From positions 1 through 48,750 of the forward strand of contig JBCNVA010000041.1 of NCBI GenBank assembly GCA_039630445.1: a DNA stretch of 48,750 nucleotides. Reading direction: 5' to 3'. Below the pieces are notes generated by a model. That model saw nothing but the letters and a program-made list of their open reading frames with translations, was not told where the DNA came from and made no database searches. Shown one piece after another: positions 18,632-28,630 of this stretch (within the stretch, counting starts at the first letter, position 1; each line of letters begins with the position of its first letter). The stretch comes from Armatimonadota bacterium (GTDB lineage: Bacteria > Armatimonadota > Fimbriimonadia > Fimbriimonadales > GBS-DC). A program made the position numbers and the translations under genes.

Positions 18632-19468
18632 GTGAAATCGGTGGCGAAAACGGCGGTTCAGCAGGCGACCTCTCGAATCGATGAGCGGTTTCGTTCGCTT
18701 CGGCAGGCGGGCGAAGCGGCGCTGATTGTCTATATCACAGCGGGCGACCCCTCACTGGAGCGGTTGCCAGAAATTCTTCAGGTGCTGCAGGATGCAGGCA
18801 CCGATATGGTGGAGATCGGCTTCCCCTTCAGTGACCCGTTAGCCGATGGACCTGTGATTCAGGCGGCGATGGATCGGGCGCTGGCGAAGGGCACCACACC
18901 CCCGCGCATTCTGGAGGTGATCGCCCGCTGCCGCGAGCAGATTACGATGCCTCTCATCGCCTTTACTTACTATAACCCCGTGTTGCGCTACGGACTGGAG
19001 CGGTTCGCCCAGGATGCGCACGCTGCTGGCTTCGATGCATGCCTAATTACCGACCTACCGCCCGACGAAGCCGATGAATGGCTACCTCATGCCCGTGCCG
19101 TGGGGCTGCAAACCATCTTTTTGCTGACACCCACCAGCACCCCAGAGCGCATTCGGCTGGTGGCAGAGCGGGCACAGGGCTTTATCTACTGTGTTTCACG
19201 CACGGGCGTCACGGGCGCGCGCGACGAACTACCACCCGATCTGCCCGACCTGATTGCGCGGATTCGCGAACATACTGCCTTGCCGATTGCCGTCGGTTTC
19301 GGCATTTCCAAGCCGGAGCATGTGCGCACGGTGGCTCGCATCGCGGAGGGCGCCGTGATAGGCAGCCAGATCGTGCATTATTTGCACGAGTACGCCGATT
19401 CACCGCACTGGGCAAAGGTTATAGGCGATTTTGTGCGGGCGCTGAAATCAGCCTGCAAGCGGGGGTAG
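18632..19468 (+). CDS. trpA: Tryptophan synthase alpha chain
   Basis: EIGFPFSDPLADGPVIQ, YYNP and GFGIS motifs. GTG start. Confidence 0.9.
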   Translation: MKSVAKTAVQQATSRIDERFRSLRQAGEAALIVYITAGDPSLERLPEILQVLQDAGTDMVEIGFPFSDPLADGPVIQAAMDRALAKGTTPPRILEVIARCREQITMPLIAFTYYNPVLRYGLERFAQDAHAAGFDACLITDLPPDEADEWLPHARAVGLQTIFLLTPTSTPERIRLVAERAQGFIYCVSRTGVTGARDELPPDLPDLIARIREHTALPIAVGFGISKPEHVRTVARIAEGAVIGSQIVHYLHEYADSPHWAKVIGDFVRALKSACKRG

Positions 19469-20449
19469 TTCCATGTCGCTGCTGTGCCCAGGGAACATCT
19501 TTGCGCTGGGGTCCAGCATGTGCTTGGCGTGATTGACCGCGATGCACACCTCGCCAACGCCCGTCGCCAGCAGCTTGAGCTTGCCCTCATAGGTGCAGCC
19601 ATCACCTGCTGCGTAGACACCGGGCAGGTTCGTGCGCATTAGGTGGTCGACTTTAATCGCGTTGCCCTCCAGCTCCAGCCCCCACTGCTTGATGGGACCC
19701 AAGCTGGCAACGAAGCCGAGATTGAGAATCACGGCATCGACGGGAAGTTCCATCTCCTCTTGGGTTTTGTTGTGGAAAATGGTCGCGCTCTGCACCGTGC
19801 CGTCACCCTTCACGCGGCGCAGCTCGTAGGGTGTCAGCACGCGCACGGGTGATTCGAACAGCTGACGCACGCTCTGCTCGTGGGCACGGAACTCGTGCCG
19901 ACGATGGATCAGCGTCGTCTCGCGGGCAATCGGATAGAGGTTGAGCGCCCAGTCAACCGCCGAGTCCCCCCCGCCGACAATCAGCAGGCGCTTATCCGTG
20001 AAGTGTGCCTTCTCGCGCACGCCATAGTAGACGCCGTTGCCCTCAAACTCATCGACGCCCTCTGCGTTGAGGCGGCGCGGCGTGAACGCACCCACTCCTG
20101 CGCAGATGACCACGGTGCGCGTGTGATGCTCTACCCCCTTGCTGGTAGTGATGACCCAGTGGTCATCCACGCGCGTCAGTTGCTCAGCGCGTTCCTCCAG
20201 ACAGACCGTCGGCTGGAAGCGCATCGCCTGCCGAATCAGCTGCTCCGCGAGGTCTTTTGCCAGCACCTCGGGGAAGCCGGGCATGTCGTAGATGTACTTT
20301 TCGGGATAGAGCGCGACCAACTGTCCGCCCAGCTGGGGCAGGCTGTCGATAATCTTGGTACGCATGCCCCGCAGCCCGGCATAGAACGCACCAAACAAGC
20401 CAACGGGTCCCCCACCAATAAAGGTGATATCGTACAGCTCGTGATGCAT
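19448..20449 (-). CDS. Ferredoxin-NADP+ reductase, thioredoxin-reductase-like type (YumC family)
   Basis: ITFIGGGPVGLFGAFYAG, QLGGQL and a second GGGDSAVDWA dinucleotide motif. There is no CxxC redox pair, as expected for the TrxR-like FNR type. Confidence 0.8.
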   Translation of the reverse strand: MHHELYDITFIGGGPVGLFGAFYAGLRGMRTKIIDSLPQLGGQLVALYPEKYIYDMPGFPEVLAKDLAEQLIRQAMRFQPTVCLEERAEQLTRVDDHWVITTSKGVEHHTRTVVICAGVGAFTPRRLNAEGVDEFEGNGVYYGVREKAHFTDKRLLIVGGGDSAVDWALNLYPIARETTLIHRRHEFRAHEQSVRQLFESPVRVLTPYELRRVKGDGTVQSATIFHNKTQEEMELPVDAVILNLGFVASLGPIKQWGLELEGNAIKVDHLMRTNLPGVYAAGDGCTYEGKLKLLATGVGEVCIAVNHAKHMLDPSAKMFPGHSSDMELPPLAG

Positions 20450-20547
20450 CGCTCCCTTTAAAGTGTACCTGATGCACTCCTACGGAAAGAGCCGAGACAC
20501 CCAAGCAGAAGGGGGAAACGCGCGAAGGAGGTCAAAAGATACACGAG

Positions 20548-22092
20548 ATGAGCCGATGGCATAGGGCACTCTTTGTGGGCGTGCTGATACTGGGTGCGCT
20601 GGTATATGCCCCTCATCTCCCTGCACCCTTTGTGGCGGATGATCATTTCATCTTCTGGCGTCTGCAGGAGGGAGGAGCGTTTGGCTTCGCGACTCGCCCC
20701 CCTACGGGCTTTTATCGCCCGCTCATCTCGCTGCACTACTATTTAGACTATCTCCTTTGGGGGATACAACCGTTCTGGTCGCACTTAGTGGATGTGGGCT
20801 GGCATCTGCTGTGTGGAGGGTTGGTCGCGCTGTTTTGCTTGCGCTGGCAATTGGATAGGGGTTGCTCCCATGCGCAGGCAGTGCGCGCTGCGTTGCTGGC
20901 GATGGCGCTCTTTCTGGTGTTGCCTGCGCATGCGGAGGCGGTCGCATGGTTTGCAGCGCGGGCTGATATGGTGGCAACCGCCGCTGCGCTCGCTTGCCTG
21001 CTGCTCCTGCACATAGGCGTGCGCAGCGGGCGACCGATCTATCAGTGGCTGGCGTTGCTTCCGTTCGCGGGGGGCTTATTTGCCAAGGAGTCGTTGCTCA
21101 GCTTTCCCGTGATTGTCTGGCTATGGCTGCGATGGCTGGGTGTGTCGCGTGCAGGCTGGCATGTGTTGCCCTACTGGATGGTGCTGGGTGCGTTCTGGTG
21201 GTTGAGGTCGCAAGCGGTAGGCGGGCTGGGGGCTTATCCAGCGGCTTGGGAGACTCTCCACCAACCGTGGTGGCTGGTCGTCCATCTGGCGGTCTACCTC
21301 ATGCAATTGCCGATGCCTACCGTCCTGTTCGGGCTGGGACGCGATCCGCTGGACACTCTACTCTGGCTTAGCTGGGCAATCGCCCTCGGTCTGATCCTGC
21401 TTGGACTTTGGGGTCAATCGCCCACGCTCAAATCCAGGCGAGAGCACCTTGTGTTGCTAAGTTTCGCCCTGCTGGCACTGTTGCCTGTATTGGTGTTTAA
21501 GCCGTCGCCTTGGCACTTTCTAAACAGTCGCTACAGTTACTTCGCATCAGTATGGCTGGTGGTGTGGGTGGCAAGCCTGATCGTTTCGGGATGGGAGCGT
21601 CTGCCTTTGGTGCGCTGGGGTGCGATAGTACTAATAGCCGTCTATGCCATAGGCACGGCGCATCAGGCAAATGCATGGGCGGTTGCAGGATCCATCGCAC
21701 AAAGTACGCTGCAGTCGTTAGGAGATGTGCCCACTGACCGCTCTATAGTGCTAATTAGTGTGCCAGATCATTATCGGGGAGCGTATATCTGGCGGGCAGG
21801 GTTGGACGAGGCGCGAAGGCTCCTGCTGCCTGAGCGTGCGCATGTGCCTGTGTACGCTCTGAGCCGTTTCACCATGCGCCTCAAGCCCGATGCCGAGGTG
21901 ATTTACAGAGCAGGTGAAGCCCTTCTCTCGCATCGTGAGGACATCTTTTTGCTACCTGAGGGCTTACCATTGCCCCCAAACAGTGCGGGTAGGTGGCATG
22001 TCAGACCAGAGCGCGTTCGAATTGACCCTGACTGGGCACAGAACTATCAGCTGTTGCGCTATCAAGATGGGCGCTTCATCCCCATCCACTAA
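20548..22092 (+). CDS. Polytopic GT-C-type membrane protein (PMT_2/TMTC-like glycosyltransferase candidate)
   Basis: More than 10 hydrophobic segments. The N-terminal FVADDHFIF followed by FYRPLISLHYYLDYLLWG...SHLVDVGWHLL resembles the DD...YRPL...HL.N..LH pattern of PMT_2/TMTC-type enzymes. There is no C-terminal TPR. Confidence 0.5.
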   Translation: MSRWHRALFVGVLILGALVYAPHLPAPFVADDHFIFWRLQEGGAFGFATRPPTGFYRPLISLHYYLDYLLWGIQPFWSHLVDVGWHLLCGGLVALFCLRWQLDRGCSHAQAVRAALLAMALFLVLPAHAEAVAWFAARADMVATAAALACLLLLHIGVRSGRPIYQWLALLPFAGGLFAKESLLSFPVIVWLWLRWLGVSRAGWHVLPYWMVLGAFWWLRSQAVGGLGAYPAAWETLHQPWWLVVHLAVYLMQLPMPTVLFGLGRDPLDTLLWLSWAIALGLILLGLWGQSPTLKSRREHLVLLSFALLALLPVLVFKPSPWHFLNSRYSYFASVWLVVWVASLIVSGWERLPLVRWGAIVLIAVYAIGTAHQANAWAVAGSIAQSTLQSLGDVPTDRSIVLISVPDHYRGAYIWRAGLDEARRLLLPERAHVPVYALSRFTMRLKPDAEVIYRAGEALLSHREDIFLLPEGLPLPPNSAGRWHVRPERVRIDPDWAQNYQLLRYQDGRFIPIH

Positions 22093-22161
22093 ATACCCCC
22101 CTTGAAAAATCGTCCTACCAGTGGGTAATATTTAGCCACTCTAAATATCGGAGGTGGAGTG

Positions 22162-23058
22162 ATGAGCACGCAGGGGCTTTCTGAGGTGCTGGTCTCAACC
22201 GAGTGGGTGCAGCAGCACTTGAACGATCCAGCGATTCGGATCGTGGAGGTGGATGTCGACACGACAGCGTATGAGCAGGGGCATATCCCGGGTGCCCTTG
22301 CCTTCAACTGGCAAACCCAGCTGCAGGATCCGATTCGGCGCGACATCGTCTCGAAATCGGATCTGGAGCGGCTGCTGAGTGAACTGGGCATTGCTAACGA
22401 TCACCTAATCGTGCTGTATGGCGATAACAACAACTGGTTTGCGGCGTATGCCTTCTGGTTGTTGCAGCTGTACGGGCATGAGCGACTGGCGCTGATGGAC
22501 GGTGGGCGCAAGAAGTGGCTGGCAGAGGGGCGTCCGATCACGACGGAAGTACCTCGCTATCCGCGCACCGACTATCGCGCGAAAGACCCTGACCTCTCGT
22601 TGCGTGCTTTCTACCCGCAGGTACGCGAGAGTCTGGGTCGCCCTGATGTGGCGCTTGTCGATGTGCGCTCGCCTCAGGAGTATACGGGCGAGATCCTGGC
22701 GCCGCCCGGCTTGCTGGAAACGGCACAGCGGGGTGGGCATATCCCTGGCGCGCGCAACATTCCCTGGGCGATGGCAGTCCGCGAGGACGGCACTTTTAAG
22801 TCGCCCGATGAGCTGCGCCAGCTCTATGTACCGCAGGGCATCACCCCCGACAAAGAGGTGATCACCTACTGCCGTATCGGTGAGCGCTCATCGCACACTT
22901 GGTTTGTGCTGAAACACTTGTTAGGCTATCCGAAGGTGCGCAACTACGACGGCAGCTGGACTGAATGGGGCAACATAGTGGGTGCGCCGATAGAACGCGA
23001 GGTGCCGACCACAGTGCATGGTGGCAGCCAGAATGCCCCGTGCCCGCAGTCCGGGTGA
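22162..23058 (+). CDS. Thiosulfate sulfurtransferase (tandem rhodanese)
   Basis: Two rhodanese domains and the active-site loop [13 protein letters not shown]. The ATG at 22162 is preceded by GGAGGTGG; the track lists the GTG at 22159. Confidence 0.88.
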   Translation: MSTQGLSEVLVSTEWVQQHLNDPAIRIVEVDVDTTAYEQGHIPGALAFNWQTQLQDPIRRDIVSKSDLERLLSELGIANDHLIVLYGDNNNWFAAYAFWLLQLYGHERLALMDGGRKKWLAEGRPITTEVPRYPRTDYRAKDPDLSLRAFYPQVRESLGRPDVALVDVRSPQEYTGEILAPPGLLETAQRGGHIPGARNIPWAMAVREDGTFKSPDELRQLYVPQGITPDKEVITYCRIGERSSHTWFVLKHLLGYPKVRNYDGSWTEWGNIVGAPIEREVPTTVHGGSQNAPCPQSG

Positions 23059-23078
23059 TTGCCCCAAAGGGGTTTTGG

Positions 23079-23423
23079 CTACGCCGCCTGTTGCTGCAGC
23101 CAGTTTTGGAGATAGCTTTGGAGCTGTGCCCACTGCGCGTGGAGCAGTGGTAGGGCTTCGGGTGCGCCTTGCAGCGTGCCCGATTTGCCTATCTGCTCCA
23201 GCGCTAGGGCTTTCTCGGCAAGCGATTCGGCGCCGATGGAGCGGGCGCTACCCTTGAGGGTGTGCGCGGCGCGGGTCAGCGCGGCGGCGTCGCCCTGCGC
23301 GATGGCTTGCTCAATCTGAGCGAGCAGCTCCGGGGCTACATTCAGAAAATCGCTCAGCAGCTCCGCGATGAACTCGCTATCACCGCCAGTGATTTCGTGC
23401 AGATAGTCCCAGTTCAACATCAC
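23079..23423 (-). CDS. Hpt (histidine phosphotransfer) domain protein
   Basis: The HTLKGSARSIGA phospho-His motif in a four-helix protein of 114 aa. It lies 9 nt downstream of the hybrid kinase. Confidence 0.85.
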   Translation of the reverse strand: MMLNWDYLHEITGGDSEFIAELLSDFLNVAPELLAQIEQAIAQGDAAALTRAAHTLKGSARSIGAESLAEKALALEQIGKSGTLQGAPEALPLLHAQWAQLQSYLQNWLQQQAA

Positions 23424-23432
23424 CGAACCTCC

Positions 23433-25700
23433 TTATGCAGCGTGAGAGGACGGCTCATGGAGCCATCGAGCCAGCGTGCGTTGTAGTTCATCAGGCTTGA
23501 TGGGCTTGGCGAGGTAGTCGTCCATGCCGCAGGCAAGGCATCGCTCGCGGTCGCCCTCCAGCGCGTTGGCTGTGAGCGCAACGATCGGGATGGCAACCCC
23601 TCGCGTCCGCAGCTGGCGTGTCGCCTCGTAGCCATCCATCTCGGGCATCTGACAGTCCATCAGAATTAAATCATAGGCGTTTGCGCTCGCTTTCTGCACC
23701 GCCTCAAGACCGTTCGTGGCGATTTCCACCTCCAGCTGGAGCTTGCTCAGCAAGTGCAGCGCAACCTTGCGATTCACCGCGTTGTCCTCCACCAGCAGGA
23801 TGCGCTTGCCCGCTGGAATATCGGGGAGCGCAGCAGCCTGCTCCGATTCTTGAGCGTGGGGCGTTTCGGCAGGTGGCAGCGGCAGGTCCACATAGAAAGT
23901 GCTGCCCACGCCGGGCTGGCTTTCCACGCCAATCTGCCCACCCATCAGTTCTGCGAGCCGCTTGCAGATGGTCAGCCCCAGCCCTGTGCCGCCATATTTG
24001 CGCGTGGTGGAGCTATCGGCTTGGGTGAACGGCTCAAAGATGGAGGCGAGCCTGTCAGGCGGAATGCCGATGCCCGTGTCGCGCACTGCAAGCCAGATCC
24101 CGTGCGGGTAATTTCGTGACGGTTCGACCATCACAGCCACCTCGCCTTGCTCGGTGAACTTAATCGCGTTGCTGATGAAGTTCGCTAGGATCTGGCGCAA
24201 GCGCACAGGGTCGCCCATCACCGCGGGCGGGGTCTCAGGGGCGATGTGGACATTCAGGCGTAAGCCCTTCGATTCGGCACGCGCTCGGAATAGGCGCACC
24301 GTGTCATGCACCAGCTCGCCCAGAGCCACAGGGAGGCTCTCTATATGCATCTTGCCCGCTTCGATCTTGGAGAGGTCTAAGATGTCGTTCAGCAAGCCCA
24401 GCAAATGGTCCGCGCTCACCCGCAGCGTATCCAAGTAATCGCGCTGTTCCTCGGTGAGTGGGGTGTCAGCCAGCAACTCCACCATACCCAGAATGCCGTT
24501 CATCGGCGTGCGAATCTCATGGCTCATGTTCGCAAGGAACTCGCTTTTGGCGCGATTCGCCGTTTCGGCAGCCAATGCCATCTCTTGGGCATGCAGGATC
24601 TGCATCTCCAGCTTCATGTTCAGCTCGGCGAGGCGCAACTCAGCGTGCTTGCGCTCCGTGATGTCACGCACCAGTGCCAGTACCCGATCCTTTTGGTAGG
24701 GCACAATCCGCGCTTCGTAGAAGCGTTCGCCTGAAGGCGTCATCTTCTCATATTCCAGCGTGTAAGGCTTGCCCGTCTCCAGCACCTGTCGGATGCAGTG
24801 AAGGGCATAAGTGGCTGTGTCTGGGCTGAGGCATTCGTGCAGGGTGCTGCTGATGAGCGGTTCGGGTGGTGTGTCAGGGTTCCTCTGGTCGGTCTTGCGC
24901 GTGTGGCGGATCACGCCTTCCCGATCCAGCACGACAATCAGGTCGGGCAGGGCATCCAAAATGGAGCGGCTGTAGGCTTCGCTTGCGGCAAGCTGCTCTT
25001 GCATACGCTTGTAGCGCGTCCAACTTATACCGACCAGCAAGCCCAGTATCAGAGCCAGCGCCGTGGAGAGCGCCAATCCGCGCCAGAAGGCATAGGAAGC
25101 GGCTCGTAGCTCCGCCAAGTAGCGATCGGCGGAGATGTCGACGCCGACTGCCCCTGTCACGCGCCCCCGACGATCCCGAAGGGGCACATACGCGCTCAAA
25201 AAAGTGCCCCAGCGGTCCGAGACCAAAGTGAGGTCTGCCTGTGGGACGCCCTTGCGAATCGTAGCGAACATCGCAGGGGTGGCTTCAAGATACTCGTCCC
25301 AGAGGTAGGATTTGTCATCGATACCATCGCCGTCATGGTCGCCCGGCGGTGTCGGATCCAGCAAAAAGTAGATTTTGCCGTTGCGCTCGGTGAAGGTGTA
25401 GACATAGCGAATGGAAGGGTACATCTGCTGAAACCGCGCCAGCGGCTCGATCGCTTTCCGATAGCGGGCGGTGTTCTCCTCGCCGGGCTTAAACTGTAGA
25501 TGCTGGTTCCCATCCACCAGCAAGGAGGCAGCCAGCGCCAGCTCCTGCAACCGCATTTTGACCGCCTCATCGAGGGTGTGCCTCGCTTGGCGGTACAGCG
25601 CATATTGACCCAGCGCTGCCACCGCGACGATGACCGTCGCCACCATCAGCCCCAGCCCAATCGCTTGCAGACCCGATGCCCTGCGTCGCCACAACCGCAT
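23433..25700 (-). CDS. Hybrid sensor histidine kinase/response regulator (Cache-like sensor, PAS, HisKA, HATPase_c, REC)
   Basis: TM, extracytoplasmic domain, TM, then PAS, H-box [14 protein letters not shown]-box [13 protein letters not shown], and a receiver domain (ILLVEDN...[13 protein letters not shown]...ALTANA). Confidence 0.9.
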   Translation of the reverse strand: MRLWRRRASGLQAIGLGLMVATVIVAVAALGQYALYRQARHTLDEAVKMRLQELALAASLLVDGNQHLQFKPGEENTARYRKAIEPLARFQQMYPSIRYVYTFTERNGKIYFLLDPTPPGDHDGDGIDDKSYLWDEYLEATPAMFATIRKGVPQADLTLVSDRWGTFLSAYVPLRDRRGRVTGAVGVDISADRYLAELRAASYAFWRGLALSTALALILGLLVGISWTRYKRMQEQLAASEAYSRSILDALPDLIVVLDREGVIRHTRKTDQRNPDTPPEPLISSTLHECLSPDTATYALHCIRQVLETGKPYTLEYEKMTPSGERFYEARIVPYQKDRVLALVRDITERKHAELRLAELNMKLEMQILHAQEMALAAETANRAKSEFLANMSHEIRTPMNGILGMVELLADTPLTEEQRDYLDTLRVSADHLLGLLNDILDLSKIEAGKMHIESLPVALGELVHDTVRLFRARAESKGLRLNVHIAPETPPAVMGDPVRLRQILANFISNAIKFTEQGEVAVMVEPSRNYPHGIWLAVRDTGIGIPPDRLASIFEPFTQADSSTTRKYGGTGLGLTICKRLAELMGGQIGVESQPGVGSTFYVDLPLPPAETPHAQESEQAAALPDIPAGKRILLVEDNAVNRKVALHLLSKLQLEVEIATNGLEAVQKASANAYDLILMDCQMPEMDGYEATRQLRTRGVAIPIVALTANALEGDRERCLACGMDDYLAKPIKPDELQRTLARWLHEPSSHAA

Positions 25701-25814
25701 CCAGAGGGGTTATTCCATAAGAGGGGCTGTTGAGGAAGCGTTCAGTAGGAAACCCGTTGAGGCAAGACACCTGCTCTGCCCCTGCAGGAGGGTTGTGAAA
25801 GGGGCAGAATCTGG

Positions 25815-28508
25815 ATGCCCATCATGTCAGGCTGGCGGATTCACCGTTTGCGCACGGAGGGGCTAATCAACCCGCTGGGGATCGACCGCAACCCACCGCG
25901 TCTCAGCTGGCAGTGGCAGACTTCACGGCGCGGTGCGCGTCAAACCGCCTATCACCTGCAGGCTGCCAGCACTCTGGAGCGACTGCTGGCGAACCAACCC
26001 GATTTGTGGGATTCGGGCTGGCAAGCGGGTGAGGATCCGACAGGCGTTTGGTATGGGGGTGCGCCCTTGCAGAGCCGCCAGCGCGTCTACTGGCGAGTGC
26101 GAGTTCAGGATGAGCGCGGGCGCATCAGCGCGTGGAGCGAACCTGCATGGTTCGAGATGGGCTTGCTGCATCCCACGGATTGGCAAGCACGGTGGATTGC
26201 GCCTTCAAGCGCGCGCGAGCCAGCAGTAGGTGTGTGTCGTGACCCCTTGCATCGCCCGCCCGCAACGCTCTGTCCCCGATTTCGCCTCGAGTTCGAGCTA
26301 CCTGCGCCTGTGCGTTCCGCTCGCGCCTATGCTACAGGACTGGGCTATTACGAACTCTATCTGAACGGGCGCCGGGTGGGCGATGCTGTGCTGGAACCCT
26401 CCTTCACGCGCTTCGAGCGGCGCGTGGAATATGCCACCTACGACATCACGCGCCTGCTGCGGGAGGGGCGCAACGCCGTCGGTGCGCTCGTCGGGCAGGG
26501 CTGGTGGCAGGGACCACCTTGCCTGCTGGTACAACTGGAGATCGAGCTGACAGATGGCAGACGGTTGGTGATCGCCACCGACAAGAACTGGTACTGGAGC
26601 GATAGCCCTATCGTGGAGAATTCGCTGTACGGGGGCGAGGTATACGACGCCCGGCGGGAGCAGCGGGGTTGGGCATTGCCGAATTTTCGCATGAAGCGTG
26701 GGGAGTGGCGACGCGCACGGCGCGTGCGGATGCCCCGCACGATGCAGCTCAGTGCCCGCATGCATGAACCAATTCGTGTGGTGGAAACGCTGACCCCGGT
26801 GCAGGTGCTGCAACCTAAGCCCGGTGTGCGGGTGTACGACTTTGGGCAGAACTTTAGCGGATGGTGCCGATTGCGGGTGCAGGGCACGCGCGGCGCGCGC
26901 GTCATCCTGCGCCATGCCGAACTGCTCTACCCTGACGGCACAGTCAATCAGGAGAATCTGCGCAGTGCGAAGGCGACCGATGTCTATATCCTGCGGGGCG
27001 GGCGTGTCGAGCAGTATGAGCCACGCTTCACCTATCACGGCTTCCGCTATGTGCAGGTGGAGACCGAACCCCCTGAAGGGCAGACCTCCGATCCCGCCCC
27101 GACAATTCTCGCGCTGGAGGGGCGTGTGGTGCACACCGCGTTTGCTCGCCGGGGCACCTTCGCCTGCTCCAATCCCCTGCTCAACCAGATTCAGCAGAAC
27201 GCAGTGTGGGGCTATCGCACCAATTTCCACTCGATCCCGACCGATTGTCCGCAACGCGATGAGCGGCAGGGCTGGCTGGGCGACGCGCACATGACCGCCG
27301 CGATGGGGCTGTTCAATTTTGAAGCCGAGCAGGCATATCGCAAGTTCCTGCGCGACATTGCAGACGAGCAGGGGCGTGATGGCTCTGTGCCTGACACTGT
27401 GCCCTTCGTGTTTGGCTCGCGTCCGGGCGACCCGATGTGGTCGGTCGCGTACCCGCTGATTTTGTGGACGCTTTATGAGCATACGGGCGATATTGCCCTT
27501 TTGCGTGAGCATTATGCGGGTGTACGGCGCTATCTGCGCTCGCTGGTGCGCGAGGCGCCTGACGGAGTGCTCACGCGCTGCTACTATGGCGACTGGGTCG
27601 CGGTGGAGGAGGGCACGCCGAAACCGCTGGTCGCCACGGCGGCATATGCCCTCACGGCGCGTCTACTCGCTCAGATTGCGCACGCACTGGGCGATGCGTG
27701 GGAGGAGGCATATGCTTGGCGCATTTTTAGGCGCGTTGCCCGTGCCTTCCATCAAGCGTTTTTCAACCCCTCGATAGGGCAGTACAACGAGGGCACACAA
27801 GCTTCCAACACGCTCGCGCTCGCTATGGATTTGGTGCCGCCCGAACACAGAGCGACTGTACTACAGGGGTTAGTAGACTCGATTCGCGAGCGGTATGGTG
27901 GTCATCTGGCGACGGGCTTCATCGGCACGCGCTTCCTGCTGGACACTCTCACGCGATATGGTCAAGGCGAGCTGGCGTATACGATTGCTACTCAGCGCAC
28001 CTATCCCAGCTGGGGCTTCATGATCGAAAACGGCGCGACCACTATCTGGGAGCTATGGCGGCTGGCGACTGGTCCTGGAATGAACTCGCATAATCACCCG
28101 GCGTTCGGCTGTATCAGCAGCTGGTTCTACGAGACGCTGGTGGGGCTGCGCCCGTTGCGGGGCTGGCGGCAATTTGTGGTGCAGCCGCATATTCTGGGCG
28201 ACCTCACTTGGGCGGAGGCGCAGGTGCAGACCCCACTGGGGCTTGTCTTCTGTCGCTGGGAGCGTCAGCCAAGCCAACTAAGCTTGATGCTGACCGTACC
28301 GCCATGCGCTCGCGCCACGCTCTACCTGCCCACGCTGGAGTTCCAGCAGCCGATGGTTGTGGAAAGGGATATGGTTCTCTGGAAAGAGGGGCGGTTATGC
28401 CGTTCGCGCCCAACGATTCGAGGCGGCGAGTGGAACGTCCATTGGATTCGGTTCGAGATCGAATCGGGCGCGTATGCGTTCCAAGTCCTGGGAAGCATGG
28501 CGGGCTAA
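25815..28508 (+). CDS. Alpha-L-rhamnosidase (GH78)
   Basis: The N-terminal domain has GLGYYELYLNGRRVGD. The catalytic-domain hallmark is IPTDCPQRDERQGWLGDA. The size of about 900 aa fits. Confidence 0.85.
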   Translation: MPIMSGWRIHRLRTEGLINPLGIDRNPPRLSWQWQTSRRGARQTAYHLQAASTLERLLANQPDLWDSGWQAGEDPTGVWYGGAPLQSRQRVYWRVRVQDERGRISAWSEPAWFEMGLLHPTDWQARWIAPSSAREPAVGVCRDPLHRPPATLCPRFRLEFELPAPVRSARAYATGLGYYELYLNGRRVGDAVLEPSFTRFERRVEYATYDITRLLREGRNAVGALVGQGWWQGPPCLLVQLEIELTDGRRLVIATDKNWYWSDSPIVENSLYGGEVYDARREQRGWALPNFRMKRGEWRRARRVRMPRTMQLSARMHEPIRVVETLTPVQVLQPKPGVRVYDFGQNFSGWCRLRVQGTRGARVILRHAELLYPDGTVNQENLRSAKATDVYILRGGRVEQYEPRFTYHGFRYVQVETEPPEGQTSDPAPTILALEGRVVHTAFARRGTFACSNPLLNQIQQNAVWGYRTNFHSIPTDCPQRDERQGWLGDAHMTAAMGLFNFEAEQAYRKFLRDIADEQGRDGSVPDTVPFVFGSRPGDPMWSVAYPLILWTLYEHTGDIALLREHYAGVRRYLRSLVREAPDGVLTRCYYGDWVAVEEGTPKPLVATAAYALTARLLAQIAHALGDAWEEAYAWRIFRRVARAFHQAFFNPSIGQYNEGTQASNTLALAMDLVPPEHRATVLQGLVDSIRERYGGHLATGFIGTRFLLDTLTRYGQGELAYTIATQRTYPSWGFMIENGATTIWELWRLATGPGMNSHNHPAFGCISSWFYETLVGLRPLRGWRQFVVQPHILGDLTWAEAQVQTPLGLVFCRWERQPSQLSLMLTVPPCARATLYLPTLEFQQPMVVERDMVLWKEGRLCRSRPTIRGGEWNVHWIRFEIESGAYAFQVLGSMAG

Positions 28509-28524
28509 GTTTTTAATCAAAAAA

Positions 28525-28620
28525 GATTCCTCGCTTCGCTCGGAATGACAAGGAGCGAGTGTTTTGACGGACTGGAAGCCCAAGCCACGCCTGTCATTCC
28601 GAGCCGAAGGCGAGGAATCC
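28525..28620. repeat. Palindromic MITE/REP-like element, copy 2 (core hairpin only)
   Basis: GATTCCTCGCTTCGCTCGGAATGACA, about 40 nt, then TGTCATTCCGAGCCGAAGGCGAGGAATC. It sits between the convergent GH78 and metalloprotease genes. Confidence 0.75.
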
Positions 28621-28630
28621 CCGTTATCTT

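Noticed and set aside
23062-23076. A small hairpin, CCCC-AAA-GGGG followed by TTTT, between the convergent rhodanese and Hpt genes, considered as a terminator.
   Set aside because: The stem is only 4 bp and competes with an alternative CCAAA/TTTGG pairing. That is too weak to call a terminator from sequence alone.
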